From contig CAVQHD010000001.1 of the NCBI GenBank assembly GCA_963712275.1, positions 896,001 through 960,000 of the forward strand: a stretch of 64,000 bases of DNA, given 5' to 3'. The notes beneath the pieces were generated by a model that saw nothing but the letters and a program-made list of their open reading frames with translations, was not told where the DNA came from and did no database searches. The DNA comes from an uncultured Rhabdochlamydiaceae bacterium. GTDB lineage: Bacteria; Chlamydiota; Chlamydiia; Chlamydiales; Rhabdochlamydiaceae. Below, piece by piece: positions 49,401-55,714 of the stretch (position 1 is its first letter; the number at the start of each line of letters is the position of its first letter). The translations under genes and the position numbers were made by a program.

Positions 49401-51835
49401 CAAAAGCACCCCCTGAAAAAGAGAGCAAAAAGGCCCCCATCAAAAATCGGGAAAGGCTAGCCATGAGGCTCCTAGCTGGCCATTTACACGAGTTTTCTCC
49501 TAACCTGACCAGAGAAAAAGAAAAGATCAAAGCATTTGGAATCAAGAAAGAACTCTATCGACCTTTTCAAGAGATCCTTAGTAGCTTAGCGCTTTTTTAC
49601 AAACTTAAGTCAAGAAATACATTCGATCGTATCGATGAACTCGTTAAACTCGATGTGCTTTCTTCTCAAGGAGCTGGAAATTTGAAAAAAGCCATCGCCC
49701 AAGCCCTTGCCCTTCGTTTAGAGGCGCATTTATTCTATAAAGATGAAACCGAAATTTTACATCACCTAGAAGAAGGACAATCCCCAGATCCAAAGAAGCT
49801 TTATTTAAGCCAAGACCGTATTCAATCATTGCATGAGATTTATAAAACGCTCATCCCGTTCTGTAAAAGCGCTGAAGAATTTTTCAGAACAAAGGACAAA
49901 AAAGCATTTAATGCCCAAGCCTTTTACGACAAGGGCCCTCTTGTCCGAGCTCAAGCTCTTGAAAAAGCGCTTCAGTATAAAGCGGCTCAAACTGCGTATC
50001 AGGAGGTGATCTCTTTAAATCCGAATGATACGAATGCACTTCTTTTTTTGGGAAAAATTGAGTATGATTTAGGTAATGATAAGGAGGCTCTAGCAAGGGC
50101 TGAGCAAGCCCTTCAAATTACACTTCAAGTCCGTGGAGAAAACCACCCCAATATGGCTACAAGCTACAACAACATTGGGGCGGCCCTCCAAGACCTCGGG
50201 CGGGCGGGTGAGGCGCTGGACTCCTATCAAAAAGCGCTCGAGATCGAGCTTGCCGCCTATGGAGAAAACCACCCCAATATGGCTACAAGCTACAACAACA
50301 TTGGGGCGGCCCTCCAAGACCTCGGGCGGGCGGGTGAGGCGCTGGACTCCCATCAAAAAGCGCTCGAGATCGAGCTTGCCGCCTATGGAGAAAATCACCC
50401 ACATGCGGCTACAAGCTACAATAACATCGGAGGGGCCCTCGAAGCCCTCGGGCGAGCGAGCGAGGCGCTGGACTCCCATCAAAAAGCGCTCAAGATCCGG
50501 CTTGCTGTCCATGGTGAAGATCACCCAGATGTGGCTCTAAGCTACAACAATATCGGAGCAGTCCTCCAAGCCCTCGGGCGAGCAGGCGAGGCGCTGAACT
50601 CCCATCAAAAAGCGCTTAAGATCCAGCTTGCCTTCTATGGCGAAAACCACCCAGGTGTGGCTCTAAGCTACAACAACATCGGAGCAGCCCTCCAAGCCCT
50701 CGGGCAGGCTAGCGAAGTGCTGGATTTCTATCAAAAAGCGCTCAAGATCCAGCTTGCCATTTATGGAGAAAGTCACCCAGATGTGGCTGCAAGCCACAAC
50801 AACATCGGAATGGCCCTCCAAGACCTCGGACAAACTAGCGAAACGCTGGACTCCCATCAAAAAGCGCTCAAGATCCGGCTTGCTGTCCATGGTGAAAACC
50901 ACCCAGATGTGGCTCTAAGCTACAACAACATCGGAGGGACCCTCAAAGACCTCGGGCGAGCGAGCGAAGCGCTGGACTCCCATCAAAAAGCGCTCAAGAT
51001 CTGGCTTGCCTTCTATGGCGAAAGCCACCTAAGTGTGGCTCTAAGCTACAATAACATCGGAGGGGCCCTCCAAGACCTTGGGCGGGTGAGCGAGGCGCTG
51101 GACTTCTATCAAAAAGCGTTCAAGATCCGGCTTGCTATCTATGGCGAAAACCACCCAGATATGGCCACAAGCTACAACAACATTGGGGCGGCCCTCCAAG
51201 GCCTTGGGCGGGCAAGCGAAGCGCTGGACTCCCATCAAAAAGCGCTCAAGATCCGGCTTGCTATCTATGGCGAAAACCACCCAGATATGGCCACAAGCTA
51301 CAACAACATTGGGGCGGCCCTCCAAGGCCTTGGGCGGGCAAGCGAAGTGCTGGACTTCCTTCAAAAAGCGCTTAAGATCCGGCTTGCCATCTATGGTGAA
51401 AACCACCCAGATGTGGCTACAAGCTACAATAACATCGGAATGGCCCTCCAAGACCTCGGGCGGGCGGGTGAGGCGCTGGACTCCCATCAAAAAGCGCTCA
51501 AGATCCGGCTTGCTATCTATGGTGAAAACCACCTAAGTGTGGCTCTAAGCTACAATAACATCGGAGGGGCCCTCTACGCCCTCGGGCGAGCGAGCGAGGC
51601 GCTGGACTCCTATCAAAAGGCCTTTTTGATGAGTTGTAAGGTATATGATCAAAAACATCCTGGATTAATCTTATGCTTGGAAAATCTTATTGATTGCTTA
51701 GAGAAACAAAAAAAACCTGAAAACCAGCGCCAGGTGATGCAAGAAGTTTATCCCTACTGTGTCAAGATCCTAGGAAAAGACGATGAGTTGACGCAAAAGC
51801 TCTTAGCGGCTGCATCTAACAGCAATGAGGTATAA
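46448..51835 (+). CDS. Multidomain protein: PARP-like ADP-ribosyltransferase + ankyrin repeats + DUF294-like nucleotidyltransferase + 12 TPR repeats
   Basis: LWHGS / FGSGIYFT..AHYASMY / DEIVIF (H-Y-E); TPLH.AA ankyrins; GAGSISRDEMCPYSDIEF NTase motif; 12 x 42-aa GENHP..SYNNIG repeats; ATG 46448 after AGGAGG. Confidence 0.85.
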   Translation: MSFPSTNSIPSNIKQLLPVPNTPWLLSPGVLQRLSQQPPDPSRRFKQCELLLSDLEKDFVLCCFFQMKPSGYSISKISCIDHPFHTAAFEAELVNIDEEAKRFLPRWANEQENQRKKGVIERWKDLVHAFDPLEIPTMGQITHLTAAKVLPLWHGSSFDKCHSICSSGFTYFGKHHFFDPNANAGSISSTDMGFFGSGIYFTNSAHYASMYSEGHLLLSWVSMREPYPVVSDVPHPNKCTDMKMLEGKGAYQNYNAHYIPVISANPKKPFCMDYYPCYKDQQPVWDEIVIFQRSQTLSRFWVELSIDTPAPILKQTYSFSDCYAACQKGNFEQVRAWIIESPKRLKEKNPEGETLLYAAVKGSQLPILQWLYRQDPTLLKISRDDGSTLQHIAAASGDTELVMWLHTKDSTQIQQRNGNKETPLHLAAYYEHVSILKLFFSKIQADSSFILQVIEKPCSKTLAFFFERGLKLEVLNPFKQTLLHIAAQAGLEENVLCLLQHGAFIDAQDLSKRTPIFLATVQGHRSIVQLLLQHKASVDIVSIEKETLLHAAAFYGNTPLLQILLNHPLCQKLINAQDEDGKTPLHKAVWGDPKPDVVDLLLAYGANPNATNHYNYTSLHWAAKHGHIKSSEILLSKGANVNAINTNQDLPLDLAIRYGQNEVVHFFLGTTQRLKKVDQPLPKDMIKHYQDCLLKAKEQNLIEEQIFYLEKISDELLRNNNFVTGAMILNSALALLQSHKKNLPFEHYLFSKIERIEGLFLETKGIKSLPSKRDNFEGGWNRITLRRQELNTIRMNCEAAFKQKAFVPDILRQLTKDFRSLLEKLIADAQFLIGQAPVKWACIGAGSISRDEMCPYSDIEFAFLIEEETPEAFEYFRTLARLLQIQVINLGETKCSVFGEGEESPTPNGFCIDTGGNVPLGGVFELIAAPAHLAQLQTLQWIDDSIILANVMSSVCLVKGDQKLVASYLQHREKIQELKEQEPTAKAPPEKESKKAPIKNRERLAMRLLAGHLHEFSPNLTREKEKIKAFGIKKELYRPFQEILSSLALFYKLKSRNTFDRIDELVKLDVLSSQGAGNLKKAIAQALALRLEAHLFYKDETEILHHLEEGQSPDPKKLYLSQDRIQSLHEIYKTLIPFCKSAEEFFRTKDKKAFNAQAFYDKGPLVRAQALEKALQYKAAQTAYQEVISLNPNDTNALLFLGKIEYDLGNDKEALARAEQALQITLQVRGENHPNMATSYNNIGAALQDLGRAGEALDSYQKALEIELAAYGENHPNMATSYNNIGAALQDLGRAGEALDSHQKALEIELAAYGENHPHAATSYNNIGGALEALGRASEALDSHQKALKIRLAVHGEDHPDVALSYNNIGAVLQALGRAGEALNSHQKALKIQLAFYGENHPGVALSYNNIGAALQALGQASEVLDFYQKALKIQLAIYGESHPDVAASHNNIGMALQDLGQTSETLDSHQKALKIRLAVHGENHPDVALSYNNIGGTLKDLGRASEALDSHQKALKIWLAFYGESHLSVALSYNNIGGALQDLGRVSEALDFYQKAFKIRLAIYGENHPDMATSYNNIGAALQGLGRASEALDSHQKALKIRLAIYGENHPDMATSYNNIGAALQGLGRASEVLDFLQKALKIRLAIYGENHPDVATSYNNIGMALQDLGRAGEALDSHQKALKIRLAIYGENHLSVALSYNNIGGALYALGRASEALDSYQKAFLMSCKVYDQKHPGLILCLENLIDCLEKQKKPENQRQVMQEVYPYCVKILGKDDELTQKLLAAASNSNEV
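50135..51646 (+). repeat. Twelve tandem 126-bp coding repeats (42-aa TPR units)
   Basis: Near-identical units, for example units 1 and 2 and units 9 and 10. Confidence 0.95.
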
Positions 51836-51937
51836 GCTTAGGTTTGCTTAACTTGTCGGTGATAAGAAGCACTGCAGGATAGCAATAGCGTCTCCCATCT
51901 GGATGTTAGCTTCTCGATGCTCTTTTCTCCAAGGTAC

Positions 51938-52003
51938 GAAAAGTGCTACTATTGTTTTGGCAAGGTTGATGGTGCGGTTATGTCCGTCCGTTTTGTTTAT
52001 AGA
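51938..52003 (+). pseudogene. BrnT-like toxin internal fragment
   Basis: EKCYYCFGKVDGAVMSVRFVYR resembles BrnT E.RYYCFG.V...ILTVRFTYR. Confidence 0.45.
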
Positions 52004-52115
52004 ATCGTTTGGCATCAGCTTGCTTTTTGTTTGTCGCCAATTGAATAATTTTGTATTTCTTCCCCTAGCGATTTCTATAGACTGCCTAATCCACTCTCCA
52101 ATTCCTCGATTCCAT
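51998..52115 (-). pseudogene. GNAT acetyltransferase C-terminal fragment, frameshifted
   Basis: NRGIGEWIRQSIEIARG / shift / KIIQLATNKKQADAKRFY resembles GNAT motifs A and B. Confidence 0.45.
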
Positions 52116-52147
52116 AGAGTGAGCCATCATTTCTATAAATCTATCCA

Positions 52148-52444
52148 TCATGCCGCAGTAGGTCGGATGGAAATATCAAGATGGCATGCTTGCAATATGG
52201 CCAAAAGTGATTGAAGTCGTGGGTTTCCGCGTTGTGATAGTGTACGATATAAGCTTTCTCGGTTGAGGTCGGTCTCTTTGGCAAGTTTAGCAACACCTCC
52301 ATTGGCGTCAGCAATGTCTTTTAAGGCGATAAGAAATACCTTTGGGTCTTCATCTTCCAAAGCGGCATTTAAATAGGCAGCAGCAGCTTTTGAGTCTTGC
52401 AAACGTTTGAAGAGATGCTCTTTATAATTTCTGAATTTTTTCAT
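52148..52444 (-). CDS. Addiction-module antidote protein (HTH), orphan antitoxin
   Basis: AAAYLNAALEDEDPKVFLIALKDIA..GGVAKLAKETDLNRESLYRTLS..GNPRL; no cognate toxin directly upstream. Confidence 0.88.
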   Translation of the reverse strand: MKKFRNYKEHLFKRLQDSKAAAAYLNAALEDEDPKVFLIALKDIADANGGVAKLAKETDLNRESLYRTLSQRGNPRLQSLLAILQACHLDISIRPTAA

Positions 52445-52453
52445 CCGCTTGAC

Positions 52454-52791
52454 AGTGCGGAAACCCAGTCCTTTAGGACTGGGAGGAAGCACTGTTCCTT
52501 CTTGATTTTAATCTGCTTTTCTTTTAAAGTTACACACATTTAGAGTGTCCAATGGCATTAAGTTGTCTCTGGCTCGGGAATTTCCCGACTCTACGTATTT
52601 AGTCTTCGGACTGGCGCAAGAAACAGACGCTTAAATCTGACTCTTGCTCAATCTATCGGTTGAGCAACGGGCGTGAGAGCCATAGTGCTCGAAGTAAACC
52701 GTCCGTAAGGTGGACCCATAGGGTACCATAAATCACCGCCCTTCGGGGTTGGGTGTCAAAAAGCTTTCGCGTTTAGGCGAGAGTTGTTTAC
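52454..52791 (+). mobile_element. Non-autonomous IS200/IS605-family element (no tnpA/tnpB)
   Basis: Left-end hairpin GCGGAAACCCAGTCCTTTAGGACTGGGAGGAAGC preceded by TTGAC; right-end hairpin AAGCTTTCGCGTTTAGGCGAGAGTTGTTTAC; no tnpA or tnpB ORF inside. Confidence 0.7.
52537..52791 (+). ncRNA. Putative structured omegaRNA/reRNA-like RNA inside the IS605-type element (5' end estimated from the promoter)
   Basis: TTGATT-N17-TAAAGT promoter (52502-52530); hairpins with plus-strand UUCG (AGTC-TTCG-GACT, GCCC-TTCG-GGGT) and GUAA tetraloops and G-U pairs. Confidence 0.5.
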
Positions 52792-52794
52792 TTC

Positions 52795-53118
52795 TTAATG
52801 AGCTATCTGAAAAAGCGTTTGGGTAATGAAGGAATTCAGGCTCACACCCATTGATTGGGCTTGAAGGGTTAGTTTTGCATGAAGTTCGGGGGGGATGCGT
52901 AAATTAAAGGTGCCTGAAAAGGTTTTTTCTGGTTTTTCCTTTCGTTTTTTGCACCAAGCAAGATAATCATTAATGGAGTCATGAAAAACTTGTTCTAATT
53001 CTTCTGCAGAACTTCCTTGGAAAGTAATGATGTCTTTCAAGCCGACGACTTCACCATGGAAAATCTTGTTTACATCGTCATATTCGACGTGCCCGATATA
53101 TCCTTTATATTTCATCAT
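52795..53118 (-). CDS. hicB: HicB-family antitoxin
   Basis: MKYKGYIGHVEYD....FHGEV..LKDIITFQG..FSGTFNLRIPPELH..SLNSFI. Confidence 0.92.
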   Translation of the reverse strand: MMKYKGYIGHVEYDDVNKIFHGEVVGLKDIITFQGSSAEELEQVFHDSINDYLAWCKKRKEKPEKTFSGTFNLRIPPELHAKLTLQAQSMGVSLNSFITQTLFQIAH

Positions 53119-53366
53119 GGTTTTTTCTCCTCTGGATTAATCTCTGCATTTTCTAAAAATTTTCTTAAAGACACCAAAGCTCCTTTATCGATCTCCTTAC
53201 GTGGATGGGGTCGGTGAAACACCGCTTTTACTCCTTTTAAGGCAATTCGAACTCTTGAGCCTTCTCCTTCACTTATTTCTGCTCCAAGGTAAACCAGCAG
53301 GTTTTCACAAGCCCTCCATTCTACATTTGATTGTATCGGTGTCTTAAAAATCGCTTTGAGGGTTGT
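53115..53366 (-). pseudogene. hicA: HicA-family toxin that has lost its start (in-frame TAA just upstream)
   Basis: Minus frame KKR*TTLKAIFKTPIQSNVEWRACENLLVYLGAEISEGEGSRVRIAL..FHRPHPRKEIDKGALVSLRKFLENA; overlaps the hicB start as ATGA. Confidence 0.85.
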
Positions 53367-53376
53367 TTACCGCTTC

Positions 53377-53706
53377 TTATGCTACGGCATGATGCACGAT
53401 TTTCGCAATCGTTCGGATCGTTGGGTTCCCTTTGCTTGATAGGGCGTTTTGAATTGTTGTACGAGATAAGTCTGTTTCTTTCGCAGCTTTTGTTCTGTTA
53501 ATGTAGAGATAGGTGTTTAAAATCTCTAAGAAAGCTGGAGCATCGTTTTCTTCTAGGCTCTTAAGCAATGCCTCTGCAACTTTTTCATGACGTTTGAAAA
53601 ACTCGCTAGGGTCATGATCTCGTAATTGAGGGTTTTTTTTACTTTTTATAATGGGCATATCGTCGAAACAAGTTTTCCGCTTTTTTAAGATCTTTTTTTT
53701 GGTCAT
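53377..53706 (-). CDS. HTH antitoxin (addiction-module antidote type)
   Basis: EALLKSLEEND..AFLEIL..KAAKETDLSRTTIQNALS.KGNPTIRTI; downstream of a RelE-like toxin. Confidence 0.8.
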   Translation of the reverse strand: MTKKKILKKRKTCFDDMPIIKSKKNPQLRDHDPSEFFKRHEKVAEALLKSLEENDAPAFLEILNTYLYINRTKAAKETDLSRTTIQNALSSKGNPTIRTIAKIVHHAVA

Positions 53707-53956
53707 TTTTCTTTCCTCCCAGTAGCACCACGATGGCAGCTATTTCTTCCCTGTAATAATAGACCCGCCAGCCATTCTTCCATCTGAGCTCGAAAAGAGG
53801 GTAGCTGGAACCTTCTAGTGCTTTAAAGTCACCAAAATGATGATATTCTTGAATTCTATACAGCCGGGCTTCGATTTGAGCTTGTTCTTTCGAGTTTAAT
53901 TCTGAAAGCCACTCTTCGAATTCCGGGGTCTTTCTTACCTTTATCACATGAAACAT
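53639..53956 (-). CDS. RelE/HigB-like addiction-module killer toxin
   Basis: TPEFEEWL...RL.RI....FGD.K.L....LFELRWKNGWRVYY...LLGGKKNDQKKD. Confidence 0.85.
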   Translation of the reverse strand: MFHVIKVRKTPEFEEWLSELNSKEQAQIEARLYRIQEYHHFGDFKALEGSSYPLFELRWKNGWRVYYYREEIAAIVVLLGGKKNDQKKDLKKAENLFRRYAHYKK

Positions 53957-53980
53957 TATATTTAGCGCCCAATATAATGT
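53953..53980. promoter_or_regulatory. Probable TA operator palindrome
   Basis: ACATTATATT-N8-AATATAATGT perfect 10-bp inverted repeat at the 5' end of the toxin gene. Confidence 0.6.
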
Positions 53981-54130
53981 ACACCAGTTTTATGTGGTGG
54001 GGGAATTTAGGGGAAATGGTGACAAAAAATCGCCACTTTTGACAAGAGATGCCAATTGACTAACCTATACAAGTCACTAATAGAGCGGTTGTTAAGTCTT
54101 GCCCATAATTGTCATTTGCTGAATTATGAA

Positions 54131-54174
54131 GACTGTTAATCCATTGGTCGCAAGTTCGAATCTTACATTCGGAG
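54131..54174 (+). repeat. Duplicated 3' half of tRNA-Asn (att-site direct repeat)
   Basis: 42/44 identical to 44745-44788; lacks the tRNA 5' half. Confidence 0.9.
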
Positions 54175-54302
54175 TTTTTTCCATTTCTCGTGCCCTCGCT
54201 CTAAGAATTAACCACTTGGTCTTCAAAATCAATTGGGTGCAAAATTCTGTGGTTTTCGAATTGCTTTTCGTAGTAACATTGTGGATACGGAGGTAAGGAG
54301 GG

Positions 54303-54539
54303 GTGATTATGCTAAAACGGTTGATTAAGCATGGCAATAGCCGTGCAATAGTAGTAGATAAAGCTATTTTAGAAGCCGCAGGAATTCCAGAAAATGCTCT
54401 TTTTCAAATTTCAGTGAACCCTAGTGGTGGATTGGTTATCCAATCTGTCCTAGATATTAAAGTTGATGAGTTTCGTGAAAAATTCAAAGAGCTAAATAAA
54501 CGGCATAAAAAACTTATGCAGAATTTGGCGGATTTGTGA
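54303..54539 (+). CDS. AbrB/MazE-type antitoxin
   Basis: KRLIKHGNSRAIVVDKAILE AbrB motif; overlaps the downstream Doc toxin gene. Confidence 0.85.
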   Translation: MIMLKRLIKHGNSRAIVVDKAILEAAGIPENALFQISVNPSGGLVIQSVLDIKVDEFREKFKELNKRHKKLMQNLADL

Positions 54540-54925
54540 TTCATTACATTACTTATCAATATGTTATTGAAGTTCATGATAGTTTGATTGATGAATACGG
54601 CGGGCGAAAAGGGATTCTAAACGAAGGACTTTTGAGATCTGCTTTAGAAATGCCAAAAGCACGTTTCGATGGAAAGGATTTACATCGTACAATTTTTGAT
54701 AAAACTGCGGCGTATCTGTTTCATCTTATTCAAAATCACCCATTTGTAGACGGAAATAAACGTACAGCTTCAATGGTAGCAATGATTTTCTTCGCTTCGA
54801 ATTGTAAAAAAGAGTTTACCATTTTTGATGCCAAGTATCAAGAAATCATTCTAGGGGTAGCTCAAGGGGTTGTAACAAAAAAAGAAATAGCTAAATTTTT
54901 TTGCAATTCGCAACACGAAAAATAA
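54536..54925 (+). CDS. doc: Death-on-curing (Doc) family toxin
   Basis: VHDSLIDEYGG..GI....LRSAL..P, NHPFVDGNKRTA. Confidence 0.92.
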   Translation: MIHYITYQYVIEVHDSLIDEYGGRKGILNEGLLRSALEMPKARFDGKDLHRTIFDKTAAYLFHLIQNHPFVDGNKRTASMVAMIFFASNCKKEFTIFDAKYQEIILGVAQGVVTKKEIAKFFCNSQHEK

Positions 54926-54933
54926 AAGCTATT

Positions 54934-55058
54934 GAGGTAGTTGCAAAACTCCGATTTGGGGCCAAATCCGCGCTTTTTGGGCAGGATCCGGATTCTGTGC
55001 AAATCGCCTACTCTGAGCCGAGTATGACAATTTGCGCAGAAACCGGCCCTGCCCAAAA
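54934..55058. repeat. Degenerate palindromic element, family E
   Basis: TTTTGGGCAGG (54975-54985) pairs with CCTGCCCAAAA (55048-55058) around an imperfect nested stem; the left end GAGGTAGTTGCAAAACTC has no right partner. Confidence 0.6.
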
Positions 55059-55110
55059 TTCATCCGACCATTCTACGATATATCGTATTTTAGGTAGCCA
55101 TGCGTACATG

Positions 55111-55581
55111 CTATGAGGTCTTTCTTTCGCTAATATAAGCAAATACTAGCCCCATAAAAGCCCCTGCAATAACATCATGGACCCAATGAGCGCGCAAGAC
55201 TACCCGACTGAGGCCAACGGTCGCAGCAACCAGTCCAGCGAGTGTGAAGGGAATGGCCTTAAAGTCATAGCGGAAAACTAAAAATGCCGCTCCTAAGAAC
55301 GCGGCTGCCGTGTGTCCTGATGGGAACGAGCCCGAGCGACCATTTGGGCGCGCGGAGGAGATAAGACGTTTCATCATCTCTAGAAAAATTTGATTGACGA
55401 GAAGGATACGAGCTAGAGAAAAGCATCCCTGTTTATCGTTTTGTCCTAAGGCATATAATCCTGCGTAGGCGGGAACGGCAATTTGCCCGATCCAGCTGCA
55501 CCAAGCAAGGCGTTTGTGAAGAGATGGAGAAAGTATAGGGAAATCACATCCGAGAAAACGTAGGATAGGGTCTGAAGACAT
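55111..55581 (-). CDS. PAP2-family membrane phosphatase (LpxE-like)
   Basis: K......RP, SFPSGHT and SRV....HW..DV..G motifs. Confidence 0.9.
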   Translation of the reverse strand: MSSDPILRFLGCDFPILSPSLHKRLAWCSWIGQIAVPAYAGLYALGQNDKQGCFSLARILLVNQIFLEMMKRLISSARPNGRSGSFPSGHTAAAFLGAAFLVFRYDFKAIPFTLAGLVAATVGLSRVVLRAHWVHDVIAGAFMGLVFAYISERKTS

Positions 55582-55714
55582 CGATTCACCTTAGTAACAA
55601 AGCTTGCCATGGGGGAAATAATACAGAGGAATCAAAAAAAATTCAAGCTACAAAAATATTGTGAAATTTGATATACTGTTTTTTGTAAAGTTTATTTAAT
55701 CAACTAAAAGGTTT

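Larger units (their letters stand above)
44789..54174. mobile_element. Genomic island integrated at tRNA-Asn (no integrase seen inside)
   Basis: 44-bp direct repeat of the tRNA 3' half at 44745-44788 and 54131-54174 (2 mismatches) brackets accessory genes only. Confidence 0.75.

Noticed and set aside
50090..51536. Repetitive ORFs on the opposite strand and alternative frame, and a possible CRISPR-like array
   Set aside because: They are shadows of the 126-bp TPR coding repeats. The units are contiguous with no unique spacers and no cas genes are present.
52454..52791. HEARO/IscB-type RNA on the minus strand
   Set aside because: Tetraloop identity, G-U pairs and the promoter favour the plus strand, and I did not see the usual HEARO core. 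A covariance-model search would be decisive.
54131..54174. Second tRNA-Asn gene
   Set aside because: Only the 3' half is present, with no D-arm or 5' acceptor strand. It is treated as an att repeat, and ORF 54092-54337 is its antisense shadow.
44789..54174. Prophage
   Set aside because: No capsid, terminase, tail, replication or integrase genes are present.
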